64,000 nucleotides of DNA, taken from positions 160,001 through 224,000 of the forward strand of contig JAYFMW010000008.1 in the NCBI GenBank assembly GCA_042408215.1, written 5' to 3'. Shown piece after piece: positions 1-9,400 of this stretch (positions are counted from its first letter, which is position 1; every line of letters begins with the position of its first letter). The DNA is from Microcoleus sp. Its GTDB lineage: Bacteria > Cyanobacteriota > Cyanobacteriia > Cyanobacteriales > Microcoleaceae. Both the position numbers and the translations under genes were made by a program. The notes under the pieces were generated by a model, which was given only the letters and a program-made list of their open reading frames with translations, did not search any database and had not been told where the DNA came from.

Positions 1-580
1 AAACTAGCCATTTATCTCTCTTCAATTTAGTAATTATCAATTTTTTGCAAATTACAACTATTTAATCTCTCTCCACCAGCCCCCGTTTCCCCTACCATTT
101 AACCAGGATACCCGCAAAATTACCCAAACCGCTCCCAAAATCAGTAAGATCACTGATCCTGCTAAGCTACTAAGCACATAAATTTGCCGCCGCAGGGGGA
201 TAATTTTTCCCGCCACCCTTTTTCCTGTATCTTTCTTCTTCCTTCCCCTTCCCCCGGAACCGCAACCCCATTACCGATAAAAGGTTGTTTGGGTGTTTAG
301 GGTATTACCCCACAGGGCAAAATGCTACATATCAAGATTCAACTAAAGTTTGAAAGTTTAAACTTTCGATTAACTTTTTTAACCGTATTGTCGGCGACCA
401 TTGCGATCGCACTGGAATTAGACAGATTCTATAAAGCCTGCACGCCCCACCAAGACCATCGTCGCGGGCGACCCGGTCGATTATCAATACTATATTGATT
501 TTGCTGATTGTACTTGCAGTGCAAATTCATTGAGTCTTTGCAGCGGACAATTACCCGCATCACAATCTTGCCAACCTGTC

Positions 581-759
581 ATACCAATTTTTTGTGAGGC
601 TGCATAGAATTTGATCCCCCCTAACCCCCCGCGAGTTCGGGGAGTAGGGGGGGGGGACAAGAGCGCGATCTTTCGTCAACCCCTACTCACACCCTACTCC
701 CTTATTAAGGGGGATGCGAGGGGGATCAGAATATGTGCAACGACCCATTAAATTGGTAT
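581..759. mobile_element. MITE-like element with ATACCAATTT/AAATTGGTAT terminal inverted repeats and internal CCCCC/GGGGG hairpin repeats
   Basis: 10-bp TIRs at 581-590 and 750-759; a second copy with near-identical ends lies at 39476-39642. Confidence 0.75.
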
Positions 760-2976
760 CAGCACATTGATATTTTGACGGAACTGCAAGCGGTTTATTT
801 CGAGCAGGGAGAGTATCTTAAAGCTTTTCGGATTAATAAAACCCAGCGTGCGATCGAAGAGCAATACGGATTTAGAGCTTTGAGCGGAGCCTGTCAATTG
901 CAGCAGCAGCGACAAGCGGTTAACCCGTCGAGTCCCTCAGCCCCAAATCAAGCAGCAATTGCAGCGGAAATGACCACTCCCGCCAGAAAGATCTCAAAGC
1001 TGCTAGAAACAATTAGCCTGGACGACCATAAATTAACAATTATTCACGGGCCGATGGTCGGAACAGCAAAAGTTCTCTAGTCCATGCTGGATTAGTACCA
1101 GCTTTAAAGATCACTCCCCACGGGATACTTGGCCCGTATTAGTCAAAGTTTATACTGATTGGCTGGGGGAATTGGAAAATGCTTTGAATGGCGCGCTGTA
1201 CTACAAACAAGCCTAGGAATACAGGACAATCAGGGCCGAAATAGTACAGTAAATTCACGTAAATCATCGACTGGTAGTACCAGCCCGCACCGAATAAATT
1301 TATTTTTTTAGCACATACAAATAGCGATAAAATTGCCATAACAATTTATCAAATATTCGGATTTTTTACCAGTTTTAATAATTGTTCTTTCTTTCAACAT
1401 CAGTGGCTCAGAGGCAACTTTTTGATCTATTTTTACGTGGATTCTTAAATCTACCTTTTGTCAAGGTAATTCTGTGCTTGCGCTCAGATTATTTGCACTA
1501 TTTGCTAGACTGCGATCGCTTTCCCAATCTCGATGATGCTATCAACAATAATATTCTCGACAAAAGCATCCGCTACCAACTGCGAAGTTTTTCCATTAAA
1601 GAGGCGCGGGCTGCGATCGGACACTTAACAGAACGGGCCGAATTTTATTTAGAACCAGAATTGATAGATGCTTTCGTAAAAAATTTAGCAGAATATCTTC
1701 AAGAAGTGCGACCGATCGAATTGCAGGTAGTGGGAGCGCAACTGCAAGAATAAAATATTAATACTATAGCACAATACCAGCCGTTGGGCGACAATCCCAA
1801 AGCAGAATTAGTTCAGCGATCCCTCGAACGAGTAATCTCTAATTGCGGCCCGGTTAACGAAGACGCAGGTGGGAAAATATTGTTTTCCCTAACAGACGAA
1901 AGAGGAGTTCTGCTAATTAAAACCAAACACGAACTCTCCTTAGTTACAGGCCCGCCATCAGCAGATGAGGGGGAAACCGATTTGTCGGCGATCGGCAGAA
2001 TCAGCCGAATTTCGCTACACCGAAAAATCGCAAAACACCCAGAAATATCACCCAATAAAACCGATAACCTCGACTTAAATTTAGACATTTTAGTCGGTCA
2101 TGGTTTGTTATTTCTACTGCGGGAGTCCCCCGAAGATCCTGGCGATCAATTGGTTCACGACTATCTAGTGCGGCCGAGCCGTCAAAGATTCGGCTTAGAA
2201 GCCAGACTACATAAAGCAGAAGCTGACAAAAACATGAGTCAAGTACAACTCTACCGAGCCAATACTTTTCTCAAACAACTGCTAGGATTAGCAGTCATTG
2301 GCGTACTGCTACTAACCATTTCCACCATCGCCACCGTAAACTTTTGGTGGCGGGCTGTCGGTCAAAAACAGCTAGCTGTGGCTCAAACTCAGCGAGCCGA
2401 AATCAGCACCCTAACCGCAGTTTCAGAAGCACTTTATTTCTCCAACAACAAATTTGACTCCACGATCAAAAGTTTGAGAGCGGGGAAACAGTGGAGACTC
2501 CCCCGACGGTCAAACTTTTGCTTCGGTTAGTGCGGATGGAACTGTCAAACTCTGGAGTCTGGCTGCTGTTGATCCAAAACACCCGCTAGATGTCAGCAAG
2601 CTCAAACCTCCGACTGCGCCTGCTGAGAACCTTTGAGGGACACGCCGATCGAATTACTCAGGTGAGTTTGAGCCCGGATGGTTTGTTGGTTGCTTCCGGT
2701 AGTTACGATCGCCAGGTGAAATTGTGGAGTCGCAGCGGGACTTTGCTGAAAACTCTGACGGGACATAAAGACAGCGTGATGAGTGTGAGTTTTAGCCCGG
2801 ATGGGAAGGTTCTGGCTTCTGCTGGTAGGGATAATCCGGTGATTTTGTGGAATTTGGATCTTGACGATTTGCTGGTGAGGGGCTGCGATTGGGTGGGCGA
2901 TTATCTGAGGACTAATCCGAATGTGAGCGATCGCGATCGGCGTTTGTGCGACGGGGTAGCGCCTAAACAGTTTTAG
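733..2976 (+). pseudogene. Fragmented STAND-type NTPase + WD40 repeat protein
   Basis: Four collinear ORF pieces (733-1080, 1382-1753, 1784-2530, 2590-2976): degenerate P-loop region LTIIHGP, VILCLRSDYLHYL, EVRPIELQVVGAQLQ, then WD40 repeats ([30 protein letters not shown]); interrupted by stops and frameshifts. Confidence 0.8.
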
Positions 2977-3193
2977 TCATTTGATGTTTGGGGGTTGGCA
3001 GTTGACGGTTGACTGTGAAGCAACGGAGGACACGGGATTGCCGTTTCCCTCTCGCAAAATAATCTATCGCGATCGCCAGAGATGTAACTATCGCCCGATT
3101 AATTGTAGGGAAACGGCACTACTGAAAGCAGATATACCCTCCCTTAGAAAATTTATAATGTGGCAAGTAGGTTAATCTAGTAAAACTTTCAGG

Positions 3194-3403
3194 TCAGGAT
3201 TCATAATTTCCTGTTTTATACCTGTAGATTATGGATTTTTCTGTCCGCACATAAACAATTGTGTTTCTCTGATTTGGTAAAGGCTTAATATGTTTGATTT
3301 GACCGGAAACAATTTCTATAGGAATCAAACCGGGAGCGAATGCAGGACAAGTTCCATCTGGTCGAAAATAGAGACAGTATTGACATCCTTTGTACTCAAT
3401 CAT
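3194..3403 (-). CDS. Small Cys/His protein, orphan candidate immunity protein (paralog of 5935-6135 and 6222-6422)
   Basis: GCxxC...CPAF.PG.IP..I..G...H.KPLP...NTIVY pattern shared with the two paralogs. Confidence 0.7.
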   Translation of the reverse strand: MIEYKGCQYCLYFRPDGTCPAFAPGLIPIEIVSGQIKHIKPLPNQRNTIVYVRTEKSIIYRYKTGNYES

Positions 3404-3408
3404 TTTTT

Positions 3409-3489
3409 TTACGATTCAATCACTACTACTTGTTCAGGAGGAGATACTATAAAGTATTTCAAGGCCGTAATTTCTACGATATCAATACC
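3409..3489 (-). pseudogene. Orphan C-terminal tail of an ART-like toxin
   Basis: Minus strand reads GIDIVEITALKYFIVSPPEQVVVIES*, similar to GYDAIATRSPEMMLYYIVFDPKQVVVVEE* at the end of the 6427-11457 ORF; stop lies 5 nt before the Cys/His gene start. Confidence 0.65.
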
Positions 3490-3538
3490 TTAATTATTGG
3501 GTCGATTTTCCGAAACCAACAACTAAAATAGGAATATT

Positions 3539-4069
3539 ATGCTGATTACACCAGATGAACTACTAGAACGCTATCAAAAGGGAGAGCGCAATTTTGCCGG
3601 ATTGAGGATGGAGGCTAATACAGACCATCCTGATGTCTTATATGGTGCTCACCTAAGTAATATTATCTTAAGTGGAATTTACTGGCCGGGAGCTAGGCTT
3701 AGAGACGTTAACTTAACAAAAGCTAAATTAATAGGAGCTTATATGCCCGATGCTGATTTGACATTAGCAGACCTAACATGGGCCGATCTAAACGGAGCTA
3801 CATTGAGGCGGGCTTGTTTAGAATGTACTAATTTGACAGGAGCTAGGCTGGAATATGCTAACTTGATTCAAGCTAACTTGGAGGGGGCTGATACTCTTAA
3901 TGCTAATTTTGAAGATAGTCTTTTGTGCCAATTAAATTTGATGCAAGTTAGGCCTGCGGGTATTGCCATTGACCGTGTTAATATCCATTGCGTAGGTGCG
4001 TTACTCTGGAATACAGTCATGCCTGATGGCAGGTTTGTTGCTGAGCCTAAATACGATACGAGATACTAA
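3539..4069 (+). CDS. Pentapeptide repeat protein
   Basis: ELLERYQKGERNFAG N-terminus and A(D/N)Lxx repeats. Confidence 0.85.
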   Translation: MLITPDELLERYQKGERNFAGLRMEANTDHPDVLYGAHLSNIILSGIYWPGARLRDVNLTKAKLIGAYMPDADLTLADLTWADLNGATLRRACLECTNLTGARLEYANLIQANLEGADTLNANFEDSLLCQLNLMQVRPAGIAIDRVNIHCVGALLWNTVMPDGRFVAEPKYDTRY

Positions 4070-4109
4070 ACAAGGCTATCCAATTAGTTCGGTCATTATC
4101 ATTACATAT

Positions 4110-4643
4110 TCAGTCGTGATACTTTGCACTATCAATAAACGTGCCATCAGGCAGATGAGTTTCCCAGAGCAAAGCCTTAGTGCAGAGTACCTGACGATGG
4201 CATTCTTCATCTAGCTTGACTTTGGAAAGATTTACTTTACAAAGAATACTTTCACTTAAATCAGCACCTGTTAAGTCGGTCTCAATTAATTGAGCCTCTG
4301 TTAAGTTAGCTCCAATCAATTTAGCACCTCTGAGGTTAGTTTTAAGTAGACGAGCCTCAGTAAGGTTGGCTCCTGTCAGGTTTGCACCTGAGAGGTCAGC
4401 CTCTCTTAGTGAAGTACGCCATAACTGAGTTCCAACCAACTGGGATCCTTGCAAGTTCATTAGGCTTAGGTTGGCATTACAAAGGCTTACTCCACTTAAA
4501 ATAATATCGCTTAAAAAAATAAGATCGCGTAAGTAAAGTGTGGTGCCATCCTCACGGTAGCTGTTATATAACTGTATACCAGCAAAGTTACGTTCCCCAG
4601 CATTATAACGCTCGCTTAATTCGGCTATTGTCATCTCAACCAT
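4110..4643 (-). CDS. Pentapeptide repeat protein (candidate immunity to the upstream nuclease tip)
   Basis: ELSERYNAGERNFAG plus A(D/N)Lxx repeats; 25 nt downstream of the nuclease remnant with a GGGAG RBS-like sequence. Confidence 0.85.
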   Translation of the reverse strand: MVEMTIAELSERYNAGERNFAGIQLYNSYREDGTTLYLRDLIFLSDIILSGVSLCNANLSLMNLQGSQLVGTQLWRTSLREADLSGANLTGANLTEARLLKTNLRGAKLIGANLTEAQLIETDLTGADLSESILCKVNLSKVKLDEECHRQVLCTKALLWETHLPDGTFIDSAKYHD

Positions 4644-4668
4644 AATTTTGTCTCCCTGAACTTATTAC

Positions 4669-5200
4669 TTAAAAGACTGTAGGTAAAGTAATATTGTTTT
4701 CAATTTCTTCTTGAACTTCGGTGGGAATGTTCGAGAAAAAGTTATAGCCAGTGTACTCCTCAATTTCATTGACTGAGAAAATGTGCTTGCGCCAGTCTAG
4801 TTTTGATGGTTCTTGGTTAGTATTTGGCAAAAGTACGCCAAAAGTTTTTGCCTTAATTGTGATATCTGTAGGACTTTGGCCGGGTGCTTCTGGAATTAAA
4901 ACAACTTTCCACAGCATTTCAGGAACATCAATATTAAATTGAGTAGCTCGAGACCTAATTAGTTCCTCTTTGTTTTCGGGTTTTAGTGAGGGAATCAGAT
5001 CACTTGAGCCATATCTGCCAGTAATAACGTAAACCTCATTGCTGGGGTTATTACTTTTTCTGACAAAGGTGTTTATGTCACCTTCGATCGCCCGCGCTTA
5101 AAATAAACTTCATTACCATTATTTATGTCATCAGGACTGAAAGTAGCATCAACTGGCCGAACATTGTCAGGATTTTGGGGAAAATTACTATGGAAACCTC
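4669..5200 (-). pseudogene. Remnant of a DNA/RNA non-specific (NucA-like) endonuclease domain, probably an orphan toxin tip
   Basis: Frame extends upstream of the listed ORF: RAIEGDINTFVRK..EVYVITG..DVPEMLWKVVL..SVNEIEEYTGYNFFSNIPTEVQEEIE; a further upstream frame ends EVYFKRG, lacking the catalytic His of the RGH motif. Confidence 0.7.
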
Positions 5201-5227
5201 AATCCAAATACGATCGGCAATTTACCT

Positions 5228-5767
5228 CTATCCACTATTTACAGCGTTTTTCCAATAATTATAAGTCGTTAAACCAATAATTTCCTTGTTTTCATTATAG
5301 ATATCATCCAAACAATTGAAAAGAGCTAAAGCATAATTTTTCAATCCCAAAATTGTTAAACTTTTCAGTATCCTAGTCAGGCGCAGGTAATTGTGATTCA
5401 ATCTTTCAATCCACTTTCGGCTTCTGGACAAATATTCCTCAGATTTGGCAAGGACAATTTCCGCGTTTTCTTCTGTGCGGCATTCCAACCCGTAAAAAGC
5501 CAGCATGACTTTGAGAGATTTAATTAAGCGATTTCTCAACTCATCGCTTGTTCTAAAAGCTTGAATCGCCCGATAGTTCAAAGTAGGAGCGCTCGTATTG
5601 ACGTAACTTTTTTCTGTCAGCGGAAACAGCCATTGAATGTAGTCGTGTATCGCTTCCAACTTCTGGTAATCCCACGACCAAATATCCTCGATCGCCCGGC
5701 CTTGCGAATTTGGCTGCTGGCCGAGATAAAAATCTAAAATTGGATTTGATTCGCTTAAATAACTCAT
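5228..5767 (-). CDS. Opioid growth factor receptor (OGFr_N)-like domain protein
   Basis: LEAIHDYIQWLFP and HNYLRLTRILKSL signature motifs. Confidence 0.85.
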   Translation of the reverse strand: MSYLSESNPILDFYLGQQPNSQGRAIEDIWSWDYQKLEAIHDYIQWLFPLTEKSYVNTSAPTLNYRAIQAFRTSDELRNRLIKSLKVMLAFYGLECRTEENAEIVLAKSEEYLSRSRKWIERLNHNYLRLTRILKSLTILGLKNYALALFNCLDDIYNENKEIIGLTTYNYWKNAVNSG

Positions 5768-5785
5768 TAATTCCTTAGAAATGAT

Positions 5786-5908
5786 TTACTGACATTTGAA
5801 GATATCGATCGATTGTCTTAAGGTGCCGACATTGGTCAAAAGATACCAACCTTCATCCTCCTGTTTTCCTCTATATTTTCCCCACCAATAACCTCGACCA
5901 AATCCGCC
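5786..5908 (-). mobile_element. Short IS4-family transposase remnant
   Basis: Reads GFGRGYWWGKYRGKQEDEGWYLLTNVGTLRQSIDIFKC*, resembling the W.LLTNL...AI..Y/F..R segment of cyanobacterial IS4 transposases. Confidence 0.55.
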
Positions 5909-5934
5909 ACCGGTGGGGCTTTTGACTCTTGTTG

Positions 5935-6135
5935 TCACTCCGTCAGCCAAAAAGGTTTTTCCGCTGGTTCATAAACAATTGTATTGTCCCGATCGGGTAA
6001 AGGTTTTGTATGTTCTTTTCCGACGAAAATAATTAGTGGAATTCCTTCAGGAAAGGCGCGACAAGTTGGCATCTCGTTTATATACACGTCATGAAACCAG
6101 TGACGGCAGGCACGGCATCCTCCATATTCAGCCAT
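5935..6135 (-). CDS. Small Cys/His protein, second candidate ART-toxin immunity allele
   Basis: MAEYGGCRACRHW..TCRAFPEGIP..GKEHTKPLP; ATG at 6135 follows an orphan toxin-tail stop. Confidence 0.75.
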   Translation of the reverse strand: MAEYGGCRACRHWFHDVYINEMPTCRAFPEGIPLIIFVGKEHTKPLPDRDNTIVYEPAEKPFWLTE

Positions 6136-6139
6136 TTGA

Positions 6140-6196
6140 TTAATCCTCAACAAAAACAACTTGTTTGGGGTCGAAAACTAAATGATATTGCATCAT
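6140..6196 (-). pseudogene. Orphan toxin tail MMQYHLVFDPKQVVFVED*
   Basis: Variant of the main toxin's last residues MMLYYIVFDPKQVVVVEE*; part of a ~287-bp tandem duplication (5912-6198 / 6199-6485). Confidence 0.75.
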
Positions 6197-6221
6197 TTGG
6201 TGGGGCTTTTGACTCTTGTTG

Positions 6222-6422
6222 TCACTCCGTCAGCCAAAAAGGTTTTTCGGCTGGTTCATAAACAATTGTATTGTCCCGATCGGGTAAAGGTTTTGTATGT
6301 TGTATAGTTCCGACGATAATAATTGGTGGAATTCCTTCAGGAAAGGCGCGACAAGTTGGAATACCGTTTATATACACGCGAAGATAGTGACGGCAGCCAC
6401 GGCATCCTGCATATTCAGCCAT
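6222..6422 (-). CDS. Small Cys/His protein, cognate candidate immunity protein of the ART-like toxin
   Basis: ATG 4 nt after the toxin stop; GCRGC..C.AFPEGIP..H motif. Confidence 0.8.
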   Translation of the reverse strand: MAEYAGCRGCRHYLRVYINGIPTCRAFPEGIPPIIIVGTIQHTKPLPDRDNTIVYEPAEKPFWLTE

Positions 6423-6426
6423 TTGA

Positions 6427-9400
6427 TTACTCCTCAACAACAACTACTTGTTTGGGGTCAAAAACTATATAGTATAGCATCATTTCTGGGCTTCTAGTCG
6501 CGATCGCATCATACCCCTGAGATTTGAGATCCTCTACATATCTAACCGTCCGCTCTGGTTCTTGTAGACCAGTTTCCTGACCGTAATTAGCTACCCGCTC
6601 ATCAAATTCAGTTAAATCCTGATAAACTTTGGGGTTTTTTACGTTCAGCATAATCTTTAATATCGGACCCTGCGTTGGATTGCCATTCTCATCACTGCTA
6701 AAATCCTTAGCCCTCTCCTCCAGATTTGTCAAATAAAAACCTTCTCCGAAGAAACCTCTTGTGAACCTACCAGGATTTACACCAATATTCGTAATACTAC
6801 TAGCACCCGCTGGGCTAGTTCCATGATAGAGCGTGCGTCCGCTGTAGTAGCTATTTTTTGTATATTCTTCAGCCTCAGCCAGAGTCATAGAAGGTTCCCA
6901 CTTCTTGCCAAAAGAAATATCGTCAAGGTAAACAGTGCCGTCATTGATTTCAAACTTGAGTAAAGCTGCCTTACCGCGCAGTTCTTCCGGGAGATTTAGG
7001 TAGAAAGTTTCCAAGCCTTCAGTACCATAACCGATCTTGCGAATATTGCTGTCGAGCTCTGGACCAGAGCTATTTATTCCAGATACTCGCTCTAAATCGA
7101 TAGTTCCTATTGACGTAAACTGTTCGTAACCAGCTACGTCTGCTCTCAGAGAAACCGTAATTTTTCTTCCCGCACCGAGTTGGTCTTCAGGTACGTGCAG
7201 GTCGAATTTCAAACTATCGTGTAAGCTGTTTTGATCGGGGACAAGAAATAGATTATGAATTATTTCTTTAGGTCCATCGGTTCCTCCCATCTTCAAGGTA
7301 TAGTTTTTTCCCGCCAAACCCGGGTTTAATATTCTTTGCTCTTCAGTTAAAAAGGTATCAATCTCATCCCGTTCATGCAGATGTCTTTGCGACACATTAG
7401 GATTGTCGGATACACTTAAAGAGTTGTAAAAAGACCAGCCTGGAACACTCTGAGCTGTAAAACGTTTGCTGGCGTCAAAATTACCATTGAAAAGGGTGGG
7501 AACTGCATAGTCACCTCGCATCTTGTTACCTATAATTTCGTCTGTGTAGGTATTGTCCTCAGTTACGGGGACACGGTTACTTACGTTAGCATCATAGGGG
7601 CGTAATTGAGAGCCACCACCCAGTACCGAGTAAAACCAGCCAGTACCGATACCTTCCCAAGGAGCTCGTTGTTCACCGTGAGTAAAATTAGCATTCGTAT
7701 GATCGGGTGTGTACCACGTAGGTGTGGTTGGATTGCCTGAACTATCTAGTTCCAGATCTCCAAGCCGACGGTAAATCCTCTCTCCATTCTTTGAGGGGAG
7801 TTGACTTCCGCTAAGGTTAGTTGTTCCTCCATACCAAGTTAGAGCCTGCATGGGAGGCTTTCCATCCGTGCTATTTTCAGTAAATCCAATCCGGCTCGAG
7901 CCACCAGAACCACCAAGGTGTACGTTCCAATCCGCCTCTGCAATTCGCCGACCAGGACGGGTATTGGTTTCCTGTGTCTCCAGAGCGGGGACGTCTTGAT
8001 AATAGTTATCGGCATAGGTAACATTTTCCCAGATCCGCACTTCTGGATCGCGGAAGCTTTTTAAGGAGCTTACAAAGTAATCTTGGTCGAAATCATGAGG
8101 ATCGATCGTTGTCATCTGGAGGTCGCGGTTTACAAGGCTAGTACCACCAGCGAGGGGAAAATAAGTCCCCAAACGCTGGACAATTTCATTGTCGATCGCT
8201 GCACCCTGACCAAACCCAATAAAGTGCATAGGTGAATTGAAAAGGGTGTTTTCCAAACTTTGATTTAAAGCTACCAGTGAGGCAAAAAAGGCATCTGCGG
8301 CTGCCTCAGTAAAGCCAGAGTTAAATGCGGTTGCTTCTGGCGGCTGTTCCCATCCAGGGATTAGTATCAGTGGTGCGCCAAATTTATGAGTTGGAGGGGA
8401 GAAGGTTGTGGAGCCATCAAAATTCAGCCACCCCCATTTGTTAGTAGCCCGATCGTAACGCATGACCAAACCATTTTCTTTAGTCAGGTGAGAAGCCATC
8501 TGCTCGAATTGGCGGTCTATCAAATTAGATTGAGGTTCTAAGCCCCGCGTTAACACCGTAACGCTGCTGAAAGTATTGCCACCAGAAATCGGAGCCGGCA
8601 GTAAAGTCTTAAACTTGTCGGTAACAACTTTTCTTTCCCTTTTGTTCGTCACAGCTTCCACAGCCCAATGATATTCCTGGCCCGCCGTCAAAATTCGGTC
8701 ATTAGAAAGAGTAAACTCCTCAGAAGAACCAGCCTTATTACCTCCATTCCAAGTCCAGGTACCATTCTTCCATTGAGCAGTCAGAACCCGATTCGGATTG
8801 TAATCTTTTTCGACAGTCGGATTTAACCCCGACCACCGATCGCCCGGCAACAAGCCCTTCCCTTGCGGAAAAACGCTTACATAAAGATTGACCTCATCGA
8901 CATCAGTATCGGGATTAAAACCAGTCAGACCGCATTCTTCACCGTCACCCTTCAAATCCCATTTAAAAGTAGGAGTTAGAGGATTGCTTTCACTCTCGCT
9001 AGTACCAATCGGCCCCTCTAATTCCAGCCAGTTTTTAACAGAAGCTATTGCCAAACCTTTAGGATTTCCACCGATACCAATTGGAGCGCGGTTCGTGCCT
9101 TCTGGTACGCTAAAGGTAAAGTTATTAATCCAATTTCCCCCGGTAATTTCGTAGTCAGCGGCAATACTGGCCAAAGGGTTGATATCGTCAATAGGCACGC
9201 GGGCGAGGTCAGCAACAGTCGCATTTCGCTCAGTGTTAGTCACGAAACCAACGCTACCCACACCCCTGTCGCGGGCGTCAAGCTTGTAATTACCCGGATT
9301 CTCTATAGCCTTAATCATTTCCTCAACATCGAAAACGTAGGAACTTCCTCCTAGCTCTAGGGTGGGATAGGAACCAATCAAATATTTGCCGTCGCTCGAA

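Noticed and set aside
5912..6485. Near-duplicate segments as a DGR template/variable repeat pair
   Set aside because: Differences include indels and changes at all bases, not only adenines, and no reverse transcriptase is present in the window.
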